IMG/VR virus record: IMGVR_UViG_3300048996_000064
Span: 1 to 60,476 of that record
DNA length: 60,476 bases
Strand: one strand, 5' to 3'
From: a virus
Lineage: Duplodnaviria; Caudoviricetes
Shown in pieces: positions 27,872 to 37,369 of this stretch (positions within the stretch are counted from its first letter, which is position 1; every line of letters begins with the position of its first letter). The position numbers and the translations under genes are program-made. The notes under the pieces were generated by a model. The model made no database searches. It saw only the letters and a program-made list of their open reading frames with translations, and was not told the DNA's origin.

Positions 27872-28575
27872 ACTGGATACGCGAAGATATAATGAACCCT
27901 TACCTGGATGTATGCAGGCGTGCTGTAGAAGATGATGAAGTCTTTGCAGTGTTTAAGTCACTGCCGGCGTACAGGAAGATATTGGAGCATACAAGCCAAA
28001 GGCAAGGCGAGATTTACATGTACAAAATACCGGGCGAGTACGATGTTATTAAATTTATGACGAATGATGTGTACGGATCACCCGAAATGTTTCCATATTC
28101 GGGATATTTAATGTCCCCCACCACCTTGCAATATATCTACGTACTTAGCCGGTTGGAAAAATTGTTTGGTTCATTAGGCGGATTTAGAATTGCAGAGATT
28201 GGTGGCGGGTATGGAGGTCAATCAAAGATCATACAGGATAAATATAGGGTTGATTATCACTTGTACGATCATCCAGATGTAGTTAATCTACAAATGAAGT
28301 ATTTGGGAAAATTCAATATGTCTGCTACCGGCATTCTTTATTCAGCGGCTCCATTAGGGTACGACCTCGTAATTTCCAACTACGCCCTTTCTGAGATCAC
28401 AGAACCTTTGCTGACAGAATACGTAAGAAAGATTCTCTTACACTCAAAACACGGATATATCACCTGTAACGGACAGATAAATGCAATGCAGGAGATCAAA
28501 GATAAATTCCCCTCATTCAACATAAGCCCGGATATTGAAGGCGAAAGAGAAACAAATTATATCATTACATGGTAG
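27868..28575 (+). CDS. Putative sugar O-methyltransferase
   Basis: IAEIGGGYGGQ, YDHP.V..LQ..YL, DLVISNYALSE. Confidence 0.8.
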   Translation: MNWIREDIMNPYLDVCRRAVEDDEVFAVFKSLPAYRKILEHTSQRQGEIYMYKIPGEYDVIKFMTNDVYGSPEMFPYSGYLMSPTTLQYIYVLSRLEKLFGSLGGFRIAEIGGGYGGQSKIIQDKYRVDYHLYDHPDVVNLQMKYLGKFNMSATGILYSAAPLGYDLVISNYALSEITEPLLTEYVRKILLHSKHGYITCNGQINAMQEIKDKFPSFNISPDIEGERETNYIITW

Positions 28576-29285
28576 ATAAAGTAACATATAACCCTTGGCC
28601 GATCGGAAATATACCCGAACACCTTCAGCGACCAGAATTAAAACAGTTGAAAGAGAAAGGCTATGAGTTTTCAGATCCACGTGAAGTTGTAGCCTTGTTT
28701 GAAAACAAAGTAGCCGCATTTGCCGGGAGTAAATTCGCCGTGGCTGTTGACTGTTGCACCCATGCAATAGAACTGTCATTACGTTACCTTATCAATAAAG
28801 GAGAGTTATCTACCCGATCAACTATTTACATTCCAGCAAACACTTATGTCTCTATTTATTGGATGCTGAAACAAATGGGGTTTTCGGTGAGGTTTGATGA
28901 AATCAACTGGGAAGGGGTCTACCATTTATCTCCTACAGCCGTTGTAGATGGTGCTGTAAGGTGGATAAAGAATATGTATGTAGGCAACAACTCACTGCAA
29001 TGTCTATCCTTCCAGATCAAAAAACCTATTCCTATAGGACGAGGGGGGGTGATTCTCACTGATGTTAAAGAAGCCGCAGAATGGCTTCGTCTTGCAGGCT
29101 ACGATGGCAGGGATTTAAACACAGCTTACGATCAGCCGGGCCACGTTAAAATGAATGGCTGGCACTACTACATGACACCGGAAGACGCAGCAAGAGGAAT
29201 ACTATTGATGGATCAAATAAAATTTAGCGGCGACTCCGCTGGCTGGCAGAATTATCCTGATTTACGTAAAATTCTGAATATTTAA
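28569..29285 (+). CDS. DegT/DnrJ/EryC1/StrS PLP-dependent sugar aminotransferase (compact, 238 aa)
   Basis: FENKVAAFAGSKFAVAVDCCTHAIELSL, PANTY, VDGA, SFQIKKPIPIGRGGVILT (catalytic Lys), GWHYYM. Confidence 0.85.
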   Translation: MVDKVTYNPWPIGNIPEHLQRPELKQLKEKGYEFSDPREVVALFENKVAAFAGSKFAVAVDCCTHAIELSLRYLINKGELSTRSTIYIPANTYVSIYWMLKQMGFSVRFDEINWEGVYHLSPTAVVDGAVRWIKNMYVGNNSLQCLSFQIKKPIPIGRGGVILTDVKEAAEWLRLAGYDGRDLNTAYDQPGHVKMNGWHYYMTPEDAARGILLMDQIKFSGDSAGWQNYPDLRKILNI

Positions 29286-29294
29286 AACAACGAC

Positions 29295-29831
29295 ATGACT
29301 TTAATAGTGGGAATAATTGATAAAGAAAAGGTTTACATAGGGGCAGATTCGGCAGGTGTTGCCGGGTTGGATATTACGACAAGGAAAGATGCAAAAGTTT
29401 TTAAGAAAGGAGACTTTGTGATTGGCTGTACATCATCTTTCCGTATGATTCAACTTATCCGTTTTTCATTTAACCTGCCCAAAAGATATGATAATCAAGA
29501 TGTTTACGAATATATGTGCACCTCTTTTGTAAACGAATTAAGGAATGTATTTAAAAACGGAGGGTTTGCCCGGAGAGACAATGAGGTAGAAAGCGGCGGT
29601 TTCTTTTTAGTCGGATACAAAGGGAGGCTCTTTACTATTCAGGGAGATTATCAGGTAGCTGAAGGCGAAAAGCCTTATGACGCTGTAGGTTGTGCAGAAT
29701 CTTATGCGCTTGGCGCGCTCGATGTGATGGATCAAACATTGGGCGCATCAGAAAGAATAACAAGAGCACTTGAAATAGGTGTTTATAGATCAGGAGGCGT
29801 AAGGCCGCCTTTCATAATAGAGTCAATATGA
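29295..29831 (+). CDS. Ntn-hydrolase, HslV/proteasome-beta-like peptidase
   Basis: M-T-LIVG (Thr1 nucleophile), IGADS, KVF, AVGCAESYALGAL. Confidence 0.75.
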   Translation: MTLIVGIIDKEKVYIGADSAGVAGLDITTRKDAKVFKKGDFVIGCTSSFRMIQLIRFSFNLPKRYDNQDVYEYMCTSFVNELRNVFKNGGFARRDNEVESGGFFLVGYKGRLFTIQGDYQVAEGEKPYDAVGCAESYALGALDVMDQTLGASERITRALEIGVYRSGGVRPPFIIESI

Positions 29832-30862
29832 AAAAAGCATTTCTTACAGGAATCTCGGGCCAAGATGGCAGTTACTTATCCGAATATCTTTTATCATTAG
29901 GATACGAGGTGCATGGAATTATTCGCCGCCACTCTATCAGTGAATCGCAGGATATACGCATAGCACACCTGCCGGTTAAAACCTATTACGGTGACTTGCT
30001 CGACCAAAGCAGCATTGAAAGATTGTTGACCCAGATTCAGCCTGATGAAATATACAACCTCGCTGCCCAATCTCATGTAAGAGTAAGTTTTGATATACCT
30101 CAATTCTCCTGTCAGGTTAACAGCATTGGAGTTCTTAATATCCTTGAAGCCTACCGCAGGTGTTGCCCACAGGCTAAATTCTACCAGGCATCGAGCAGTG
30201 AAATGTTTGGCGATAGCGTAGACGAAGACGGATACCAGCGGGAAACAACACCCATGCACCCTGTTAGCCCTTATGGAGTTTCAAAGTTGTTTTCCTATCA
30301 CATGGTAAATAATTACAGAAATAGCTATGGGCTGCATGCCTGTAATGGCATTCTGTTTAATCATTCAGGGCCACGAAGGGGTGAGGCATTTGTAGAGCAA
30401 AAGATAGTCAAGGCAGCTGTGAGGATTAGTAAAGGTCTACAGGACACTTTGGAGCTTGGCAACATCAACGCTTACCGTGATTTTGGTCATAGTAAAGATT
30501 ACGTACGAGCCATGCACCTGATAATGCAGCAAGAGAAACCGGATAATTATGTGGTAGCCTCGGGGGAAACCCATAGCATTGAAGATGTGGTGATTTATGT
30601 TTTTAATAAGCTGGGGTTAAATATTACAAGCCATGTGACCCATGACAAAGGTTTTGAAAGGCCAACCGAATTACCCTATCTGAAAGGTGATAGCTCTCGA
30701 GTCAGAGCGTTAGGTTGGAAGCCAGATTACAGCTTTGAAAGTATGATGGATGAAATGATTGAGCATTGGCAAAAAATCTGTGGTTTTGATTACAGCCTTT
30801 TAAGTATAAAAAATCCTGAGGATTGGAGACCTTGGGCAAAGCTCGGATTCAATGAAAGATAA
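29828..30862 (+). CDS. gmd: GDP-mannose 4,6-dehydratase
   Basis: TGISGQDGSYL, YNLAAQSHVRVSF, YQASSSEMFG, SPYGVSK, GILFNH, LGN..A.RDFG, RPTE. Confidence 0.95.
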   Translation: MKKAFLTGISGQDGSYLSEYLLSLGYEVHGIIRRHSISESQDIRIAHLPVKTYYGDLLDQSSIERLLTQIQPDEIYNLAAQSHVRVSFDIPQFSCQVNSIGVLNILEAYRRCCPQAKFYQASSSEMFGDSVDEDGYQRETTPMHPVSPYGVSKLFSYHMVNNYRNSYGLHACNGILFNHSGPRRGEAFVEQKIVKAAVRISKGLQDTLELGNINAYRDFGHSKDYVRAMHLIMQQEKPDNYVVASGETHSIEDVVIYVFNKLGLNITSHVTHDKGFERPTELPYLKGDSSRVRALGWKPDYSFESMMDEMIEHWQKICGFDYSLLSIKNPEDWRPWAKLGFNER

Positions 30863-31490
30863 AATTATTTTTACAGCATTATTCGGCAACTATGAAGAGT
30901 TGAAGGAACCAACGTTTATAACGCCGGGATGGAAGTATATATGCTTTACCGATCAGGAAATTGAATCTATAAATTGGGCAATAATTCAATCTCAATACAA
31001 AGAGAAAACAGAAGACGCTAGATCAGTAGCTCGCTGGTTTAAGATAATGAAACAAGAGGGAGATCAATCTATCTGGATCGATGCCTCCTTTCAAATCAAT
31101 TGCAACCTAGATGATTTCTGGAACGAACACTTTAAAGCACCTTTTACAGCCATTAATCATCCTGTAAGAAACTGTATGTATAAGGAGGCGTGGGCTTGCA
31201 TGAAAAGAAAATTAGGCGGGACTGATGTAGTAAAACAAATGGAAAGATACAGGGACGAAGGGTTGCCGGAAAAGAATGGCCTTATATCATCGGGTATTTT
31301 ACTAAGGAATAACTCAGAACAAACAAAAGAGTTCTGCGATCTATGGTGGAAGCAGGTTTTATCAGGCAGCATTAGAGATCAAATAGGATTTGCTTATGCA
31401 GCCTGGAAGATGCCGATAGTTAATTATTTTGATTACGATTACAGGGTGAGGCAGGAATTTATTTACTCAAAGCATTACCACAACAGATGA
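30852..31490 (+). CDS. DUF616-like putative glycosyltransferase (paralog of 25650..26291)
   Basis: IFTALFGNYEEL.EP...YICFTD, SIWIDAS, HPVRNCMYKEA, RDQIGFAYAAWK. Confidence 0.8.
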   Translation: MKDKIIFTALFGNYEELKEPTFITPGWKYICFTDQEIESINWAIIQSQYKEKTEDARSVARWFKIMKQEGDQSIWIDASFQINCNLDDFWNEHFKAPFTAINHPVRNCMYKEAWACMKRKLGGTDVVKQMERYRDEGLPEKNGLISSGILLRNNSEQTKEFCDLWWKQVLSGSIRDQIGFAYAAWKMPIVNYFDYDYRVRQEFIYSKHYHNR

Positions 31491-32062
31491 ACAACCATAC
31501 CGATTTATTGAATTATATAGCCAAGAAGATTGGAGCTCAAACCTACCTGGAAATCGGCGTTAGCAATGGGAAGAACTATATTCAGATTGATTGCGCAATA
31601 AAGATTGGTGTTGATTCCGATTTGCAAAGCGCAGCATCACACAAAATTACCAGTGATGAATTTTTTAATAAAAACCCGGCCTTGTTTGATTTGATATTTA
31701 TTGATGGTTTACATGAAGCAAAGCAGGTAAAACGGGATATTGAAAATGCTTATAAATTTCTCAGTGAAAAAGGTGTTATTGTGGTCCATGATTGCAATCC
31801 TGAAAGAGAGGATATGACACATATACCAAGGGATGCAAAAGTGTGGTGCGGGGATGTCTATAAAACTGTATCAAGAATAGGCGGAAAGAAGTTCACCATA
31901 GATTTTGACTACGGATGTTGTGTAATTAAAAAATCAGAAGTATCGCCACTTATATTTAGTGAACTATGGCCTTCGTGGTACATGTTCAACATTAAAAGAC
32001 ATGAATTTCTCAACCTTGTTTCAATCGAAGAAGGACTAAAAATTATTGACTCATGGATATAG
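31487..32062 (+). CDS. Class I SAM methyltransferase (Methyltransf_24-like)
   Basis: YLEIGVSNG, FDLIFIDGLH...V..DI.NA, GVIVVHDC. Confidence 0.85.
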   Translation: MNNHTDLLNYIAKKIGAQTYLEIGVSNGKNYIQIDCAIKIGVDSDLQSAASHKITSDEFFNKNPALFDLIFIDGLHEAKQVKRDIENAYKFLSEKGVIVVHDCNPEREDMTHIPRDAKVWCGDVYKTVSRIGGKKFTIDFDYGCCVIKKSEVSPLIFSELWPSWYMFNIKRHEFLNLVSIEEGLKIIDSWI

Positions 32063-32712
32063 TCATACCATACATACACTCAGAAGCAAACGAGTTGCGT
32101 TATGCACTACGCAGTATTTGTAAGTACCAGGAGCATGATAAGCTATTACTGGTAGGCGATACTCCCGAGTGGTATAAAGGGGATAAAATAAGCGTAGAAT
32201 ATGTGCTGGGCAGACCAGAATTTGACGTAACCCGCAAAATATTGATGGCTATTCCAAGGCTTTCCAAAGACTTTATTCTATGGCAGGATGATATTTACAA
32301 ACTCAACAGCAATAAGATAAAGCCAGTTTACTGTGATACCCTTAGCAATGCACTTTCAAAAAGAAGAGAAGGAAGATTTAAAGGCATCATGCAAAACACG
32401 CTCGCTGCTTTCCCTGATGGATATTATTACGGTGGTCACACTCCCATGATAATAAACGGGGAAAAGTTCAAGCAGGCGGTAGAAACACACTGGACAAGGG
32501 ACCTGATCCCTAAAACCATGTACGGTAATTTCGCTGGCATTGGCGGAGAACTGGTGTCAGATTGTAAATTGAATGGAAGGTTACCCTACCCTATAATCAA
32601 ATCATTTATTCAGGGAAAAGATTATTTCTCTACCGGTCATTTTAGCATGAATAAGGATATGGTCAAAGTGCTTGATGAGCTATTCCCGGACAAGTGTAAA
32701 TATGAAAAATAA
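32053..32712 (+). CDS. Stealth-like glycosyl(-phospho)transferase
   Basis: MDIVIPY...ELRYALRSI...P.W...FILWQDDIY...HTP resemble the Stealth CR1/CR2/CR3 motifs. Confidence 0.65.
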   Translation: MDIVIPYIHSEANELRYALRSICKYQEHDKLLLVGDTPEWYKGDKISVEYVLGRPEFDVTRKILMAIPRLSKDFILWQDDIYKLNSNKIKPVYCDTLSNALSKRREGRFKGIMQNTLAAFPDGYYYGGHTPMIINGEKFKQAVETHWTRDLIPKTMYGNFAGIGGELVSDCKLNGRLPYPIIKSFIQGKDYFSTGHFSMNKDMVKVLDELFPDKCKYEK

Positions 32713-34075
32713 GGGCATTGAAATAAATTTTCGTCCCTCTATTAAACAGGATGAAGCATGGGGTTATCTGAATGATACAGAAACTACATTTGTTGGATAT
32801 GGAGGGTCTGGAAACAGCGGTAAATCATATTTAGAATGTCATTGGCTTACTATGAATAGTATAACCTATCCCGGAACGGGTTGGTTTTTAGGAAGAGAGA
32901 CGCTTACTGTTTTGAAAGACACGACTCTTAAAACGCTTTACAAAGTATTCAATGAATCAAATATCCGGGCGGGCAGAGATTATAAATTTAATGGCCAATC
33001 CAATGTAGTGCAGTTTAGTAACGGCTCTGAGATATTTCTATTAGATTTAAAATTTGCACCTTCTGATCATTTGTACCAATGGCTTGGCGGTTATGAATTT
33101 ACTGGCGGATGTGTCGATGAGTCAGGAGAGGTTAACAGGCAGGCGATAGTAACTCTTGCTTCAAGAATAGGCAGGCGCAGGAATCATGAGTATAAACTAA
33201 AGGCAAAAATCTGTGAAGGATTCAACCCGAGTAAGACCCATGTGTACTCAAGGTATTATAAGCCATGGAAAGAAAAGAAATTACCGACTGAGTATAAATT
33301 TGTGAAAGCCCTGCCTTCTGACAACCCTTCACCAGAAGTTGATGAATGGATCAAGACTATTCAAGCAACTAAAGATAAGCAACTGATCGAGCGTCTAATA
33401 GAAGGAAACTTTGAATATGACGATGACCCGGCAGCATTAATTGACATTGATAAGGCCAATGATGTATTTAGTAATCTCCATGTTGCGCGGGGAAGAAAAT
33501 ATGTTACGGCAGATATAGCAAGATTAGGTGGTGATAGAATTGTAATAATTGAGTGGGATGGAATGAGGGGCAAGGTTACCGCTTTCGAGAAAAAACTAAT
33601 CAATGATAGTACAGCTAATATTGAGGCCGCAAGGATACGCAATTGTTGCGGCAAATCAGATGTAATCGTAGATAGTGACGGGATGGGTTCAGGTGTCCAG
33701 GATTTTGGAGGATTTAAGGGGTTTATGAATGGATCCAGCCCATTACCCGATCCCAGAAACTCAACCGACGCCGATGGCAAACCGGTAAAAGAAAGTTTTG
33801 ATAGTCTGAAGTCACAGTGCGGATTTCGGGTTGCCGAAATTATCAATAATAATGGTTTATATTTGGAATGTGAAGATTGGATGAAAGACCTTATCATCGA
33901 AGAGTTTGAGCAGGTGAAACAAAAGAAATTAGACAGCGATATGAAAAAGGGTCTTATCCCAAAGGATAAAGTAAAAGCAAATATCGGTCGGTCTCCGGAT
34001 TTTTGGGATGCAATTTTAATGAGAATATGGTTTGAGCTTAAACCAAGATTTGTATTAACTGCGGATAGCGTATGA
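32702..34075 (+). CDS. terL: Terminase large subunit
   Basis: GYGGSGNSGKS Walker A, VDESGE Walker B, FNP coupling motif, ADIARLGGD nuclease motif, SPDFWDA. Confidence 0.93.
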   Translation: MKNKGIEINFRPSIKQDEAWGYLNDTETTFVGYGGSGNSGKSYLECHWLTMNSITYPGTGWFLGRETLTVLKDTTLKTLYKVFNESNIRAGRDYKFNGQSNVVQFSNGSEIFLLDLKFAPSDHLYQWLGGYEFTGGCVDESGEVNRQAIVTLASRIGRRRNHEYKLKAKICEGFNPSKTHVYSRYYKPWKEKKLPTEYKFVKALPSDNPSPEVDEWIKTIQATKDKQLIERLIEGNFEYDDDPAALIDIDKANDVFSNLHVARGRKYVTADIARLGGDRIVIIEWDGMRGKVTAFEKKLINDSTANIEAARIRNCCGKSDVIVDSDGMGSGVQDFGGFKGFMNGSSPLPDPRNSTDADGKPVKESFDSLKSQCGFRVAEIINNNGLYLECEDWMKDLIIEEFEQVKQKKLDSDMKKGLIPKDKVKANIGRSPDFWDAILMRIWFELKPRFVLTADSV

Positions 34076-34272
34076 CAGGAATATCAACGAAGCAATTTTG
34101 GGTAAAAGAAAATCCTGATGCTTCAACCTGTACCGGATGTCAAACAATGATCGTATCTGCCAAGTATGTTTTATCGGTTGAGATAAAAGCCGGAACCAAC
34201 ACAGAAACCATTCCAACCAGTACCGTACTTTGTCAAAGCTGTTACGATGCTTTAAAAATTAAGAATGCGTAA
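34072..34272 (+). CDS. Small zinc-finger protein
   Basis: CTGC ... LCQSC. Confidence 0.5.
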   Translation: MTGISTKQFWVKENPDASTCTGCQTMIVSAKYVLSVEIKAGTNTETIPTSTVLCQSCYDALKIKNA

Positions 34273-34397
34273 GTCCCTTTATATACCATACATATTACTA
34301 CTGATCATCGAATGGCTTATAGACATGATAGTAGAAATAATAAAGGTTATTCATAAATCTTTTGAAACAATGGCATTAGCCACTCAAAAATATATCA

Positions 34398-35804
34398 ATG
34401 AGCCTACTAAGCAAATCCCTTCAGACTAAAGCTGAAAGGCAAATCCAAACCCCCTTCTCGGGTACGCAGTTCCAGATCATTAACGGAAGGCTCGTTTCTA
34501 TCTCTGACAACCCCGTCAACTACTTAAAAAACGGCTATGATATCAATGATATCGTTTATTCGATATTGAGCCTGATCATGGATAAGATCCGTGTTTCTCC
34601 ATGGGGATTATATAAGATCAAAGATGAATCAGCCATGAAAGCCTACCAGGGTATGCAGCGTAAAAGCCTGTGGTTTGCTGATGATTACCGAAAAATTCGT
34701 GATCTAAGACACAAGGCTATAGAACCAGTTAAAGACCCGGGCAGAATGGGCGAGTTGCTTAAATATCCTAACGACGACGAAACGATGAGTGACTTCGTGG
34801 CAAACGGGTGTGGGTATAAGCTTTCAGTAGGCAACAAATATATTTATGCTGATATACTGGAAGCGGGAGCAGATAAAGGGCTTCCTAATAAATTAATCAA
34901 CCTTCCTGCCCAATACGGAGAGATAGAAGCTACTGATTCTTTCCCGACAATAATTACCGGGTATAAGATTTCCCTATGGTCTACCCGAAGATTTCTTCCT
35001 GAAGAGATCATGCATGAAAAATACTGGAACCCAAACTGGAATATTAACGGGCAGCAGCTATACGGGGTTGCGCCTTTAAAAGCGTCATTGAAAATATTGA
35101 ACAGGGATAATAGTTCACTTGATTCATCTGCCAGTAGATTTCAGAATCAGGGTATCAGCGGTATTCTTCACATGAAAGGTGTGCCGGGCCAATCAAATGG
35201 CGATGACCTTGTGACCGAAGTAAAGAACCTGAAAAAGACAATGATCAATGAATGGTCGGGGCCACAGCAAACGGGGAAAATGGGTCTATCTGGCTATGAT
35301 ATGGGATGGCTACCAATCGGGCTCACGGCAGAAGAAATGCAGCAGATCGAGAACGAGAAATGGAATCTTCGCCGCCTGTGTAATGTATGGGGCGTTCAAT
35401 CTCAATTACTCAATGACCCAGATAATAAAACTTATGCCAACCAGGAAGAAGCGGAGAGGTCACTTACAACACGCTGCGCTATTCCTGCCCTCACCTCTTT
35501 CCGCGATAACCTGAACCGTAAACTGCAAAAGGATTGGGGACTAAAGGGTAAGGGATTGATTGCTGATTATGATGCGTCTGTTTATACTGAGCTACAGCAG
35601 GATACCGCTAAGATGGTTGAATGGCTGGATAAGCTAATGAACAGGGGCCTGCCTCCTAACAGGGCTATGGAACTACTCAACCTTGAAAGAATTGATAATC
35701 CAATATTCGATGAACCATGGATTTCTCTAAACGCTGGTCAGCCACTTTCGGAATGGTTATTGAACCCTGTTGATGACGCTTTAAACATGTTCGATGAATC
35801 GTAA
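34398..35804 (+). CDS. Portal protein (HK97-like)
   Basis: LLKYPN, GN.YI, IMHEK..NP, YGVAPL, LCNVWGVQSQLLN...TYAN.EEA; ends MFDES. Confidence 0.92.
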   Translation: MSLLSKSLQTKAERQIQTPFSGTQFQIINGRLVSISDNPVNYLKNGYDINDIVYSILSLIMDKIRVSPWGLYKIKDESAMKAYQGMQRKSLWFADDYRKIRDLRHKAIEPVKDPGRMGELLKYPNDDETMSDFVANGCGYKLSVGNKYIYADILEAGADKGLPNKLINLPAQYGEIEATDSFPTIITGYKISLWSTRRFLPEEIMHEKYWNPNWNINGQQLYGVAPLKASLKILNRDNSSLDSSASRFQNQGISGILHMKGVPGQSNGDDLVTEVKNLKKTMINEWSGPQQTGKMGLSGYDMGWLPIGLTAEEMQQIENEKWNLRRLCNVWGVQSQLLNDPDNKTYANQEEAERSLTTRCAIPALTSFRDNLNRKLQKDWGLKGKGLIADYDASVYTELQQDTAKMVEWLDKLMNRGLPPNRAMELLNLERIDNPIFDEPWISLNAGQPLSEWLLNPVDDALNMFDES

Positions 35805-36000
35805 AAGTCTTTTAGAATTAAAACAGTTATTGCAAGACCCGCATATCCATAAGCAGGTTTATGATAAATTCCCTGTGAGTAAAGCAGAGAAAAAATGTCC
35901 TGTTGAAAAATCAGATATGGCTAAGCTACGATTCAATTTCGCAAAGAAACTGGTTGAAGGTCAATCAAGAGAAAAGGTAGAATATGGAAATAAACCCTAA
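35794..36000 (+). CDS. Hypothetical phage protein
   Basis: 68-aa ORF overlapping the portal stop. Confidence 0.45.
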   Translation: MNRKSLLELKQLLQDPHIHKQVYDKFPVSKAEKKCPVEKSDMAKLRFNFAKKLVEGQSREKVEYGNKP

Positions 36001-36119
36001 GATAGAAATGCGTAATGGCAGAATAGGGCTTTTCTATGATAAGCCTGCAAAGGTTATTCATATCAATAAAAAAGAAATGGATAACGCAGTAAAATTTGTC
36101 AACACTATTATTAAGAAGG

Positions 36120-37007
36120 ATGACAAACGCTGAGGTCATAGCGCAATATGAAAGGGTAAACAGCCAGCAGGAAAAGGTTTACTTTCCGAGGGTCCGTAAA
36201 GCTATTCAGTCAAAGCAAAAAGAGGTGGTTGCCGTGTTAAAAAGCAGTGGCATTGAAGCGGCAAAACAACATTTACACAACTCCATCGGAAATGAAAAGC
36301 TGACAAAAGTTATCGAGGAACTTTACAAAAAAGTGGGACTTGCTCATGCCCGGTTGAATTATTCCCGAATGCTCAGTGATACCGGAAAAAAATCTTACTC
36401 CTTCCCTATCGAAACAAAAGGATTCGGTTTTAATCAGGTCTGGACAAATTATATACTTGGATATCTCAGAAAATTCCTCTTAGAAAAAATTACTTACCAC
36501 GTAGCTGTTACAACAAGAGATTCATTACTGGCTATTCTTTCCGTAGCAACTACAGAGGGTTGGAGCATAGACCAAACGATTGATAAAATAGAAAATTGGC
36601 CCGGAGAACGTTATCAGGCTGCACGAGTTGTAAGAACTGAAGTTAACAGGGCGGCAAATGTTGGCGCAAGGGCGAACAGCGAAACTTTTGCCTATGAACA
36701 ACGTAAGGAATGGGTAGACGCAGGCGATAACCGAGTAAGAGGGAAGAAGCCGAAAGACCATGCGAACCATGCTAAATTAGGTGGTACAATAATAGATGCA
36801 GATGACCTATTTCACGATTCTATTAACGGTGATAGACTTGAATTTCCGGGAGATATAAACGCTAGCGCTGCCAGTACCGTTTTTTGCAGATGCTTGGTTA
36901 TTTATACCGCGAAGCGTGACAAAGAGGGAAATTTAATACCTAAGCGAAGATCAACTGCCGTAATATTTCCAAGACAATTACCACAGCGCCAAACGATCAG
37001 TATATGA
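36120..37007 (+). CDS. Minor head morphogenesis protein (SPP1 gp7/Mu gpF-like)
   Basis: AARVVRTEVNRAAN, KEW...D.RVR...H, LEFPGD...CRC. Confidence 0.85.
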   Translation: MTNAEVIAQYERVNSQQEKVYFPRVRKAIQSKQKEVVAVLKSSGIEAAKQHLHNSIGNEKLTKVIEELYKKVGLAHARLNYSRMLSDTGKKSYSFPIETKGFGFNQVWTNYILGYLRKFLLEKITYHVAVTTRDSLLAILSVATTEGWSIDQTIDKIENWPGERYQAARVVRTEVNRAANVGARANSETFAYEQRKEWVDAGDNRVRGKKPKDHANHAKLGGTIIDADDLFHDSINGDRLEFPGDINASAASTVFCRCLVIYTAKRDKEGNLIPKRRSTAVIFPRQLPQRQTISI

Positions 37008-37369
37008 ACAAGATAGAAAAACAAATAGAGATGCTGAACAGGCCGCTGCCAATGCCGTCCCTTGATGTTAATATCGGATTGATAAACTTTCCTCCTTTAA
37101 GTAGAGTGCTGGATTGTCTGGCAACTAAAACAGGATTCGGATTAAAATCAGATTACGGGACGATTATTTTTGATCCCGCAGAGCTGGTTGTGTATGATTA
37201 TACAAATGGCGAACTGACTAAAACTATTTGTAATACAGAAAAGAATTTTATCAGCTATTTAAAGCTTGCGGCGATCAATTACAGAACTTTTATAAATGCT
37301 CATACCTGCATTGAAATTGTAAGGAGAAGAAAAATTTCTGAAGGGAAGCTATTGATTGTTGAAAAATGA
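37004..37369 (+). CDS. Hypothetical phage protein
   Basis: ATGA-coupled 121-aa ORF. Confidence 0.5.
   Translation: MNKIEKQIEMLNRPLPMPSLDVNIGLINFPPLSRVLDCLATKTGFGLKSDYGTIIFDPAELVVYDYTNGELTKTICNTEKNFISYLKLAAINYRTFINAHTCIEIVRRRKISEGKLLIVEK

Noticed and set aside
24209-32712. Host O-antigen/capsule locus captured by misassembly or insertion
   Set aside because: The genes overlap terS and terL start/stop codons, lie inside the att-bounded prophage, and there is no Wzx/Wzy/Wzz, initiating transferase or IS ends
24209-32712. DNA hypermodification (base glycosylation) cluster
   Set aside because: No hydroxymethylase, TET/JBP, nucleotide kinase or phage DNA polymerase is seen, and the cluster lies in the late operon. 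Considered less likely but not formally excluded without nucleoside analysis.
33361-33897. Long antisense ORFs (e.g. 33361..33897, 41623..42099, 29897..30259, 1548..1907)
   Set aside because: They shadow well-supported genes on the opposite strand and have no recognisable motifs
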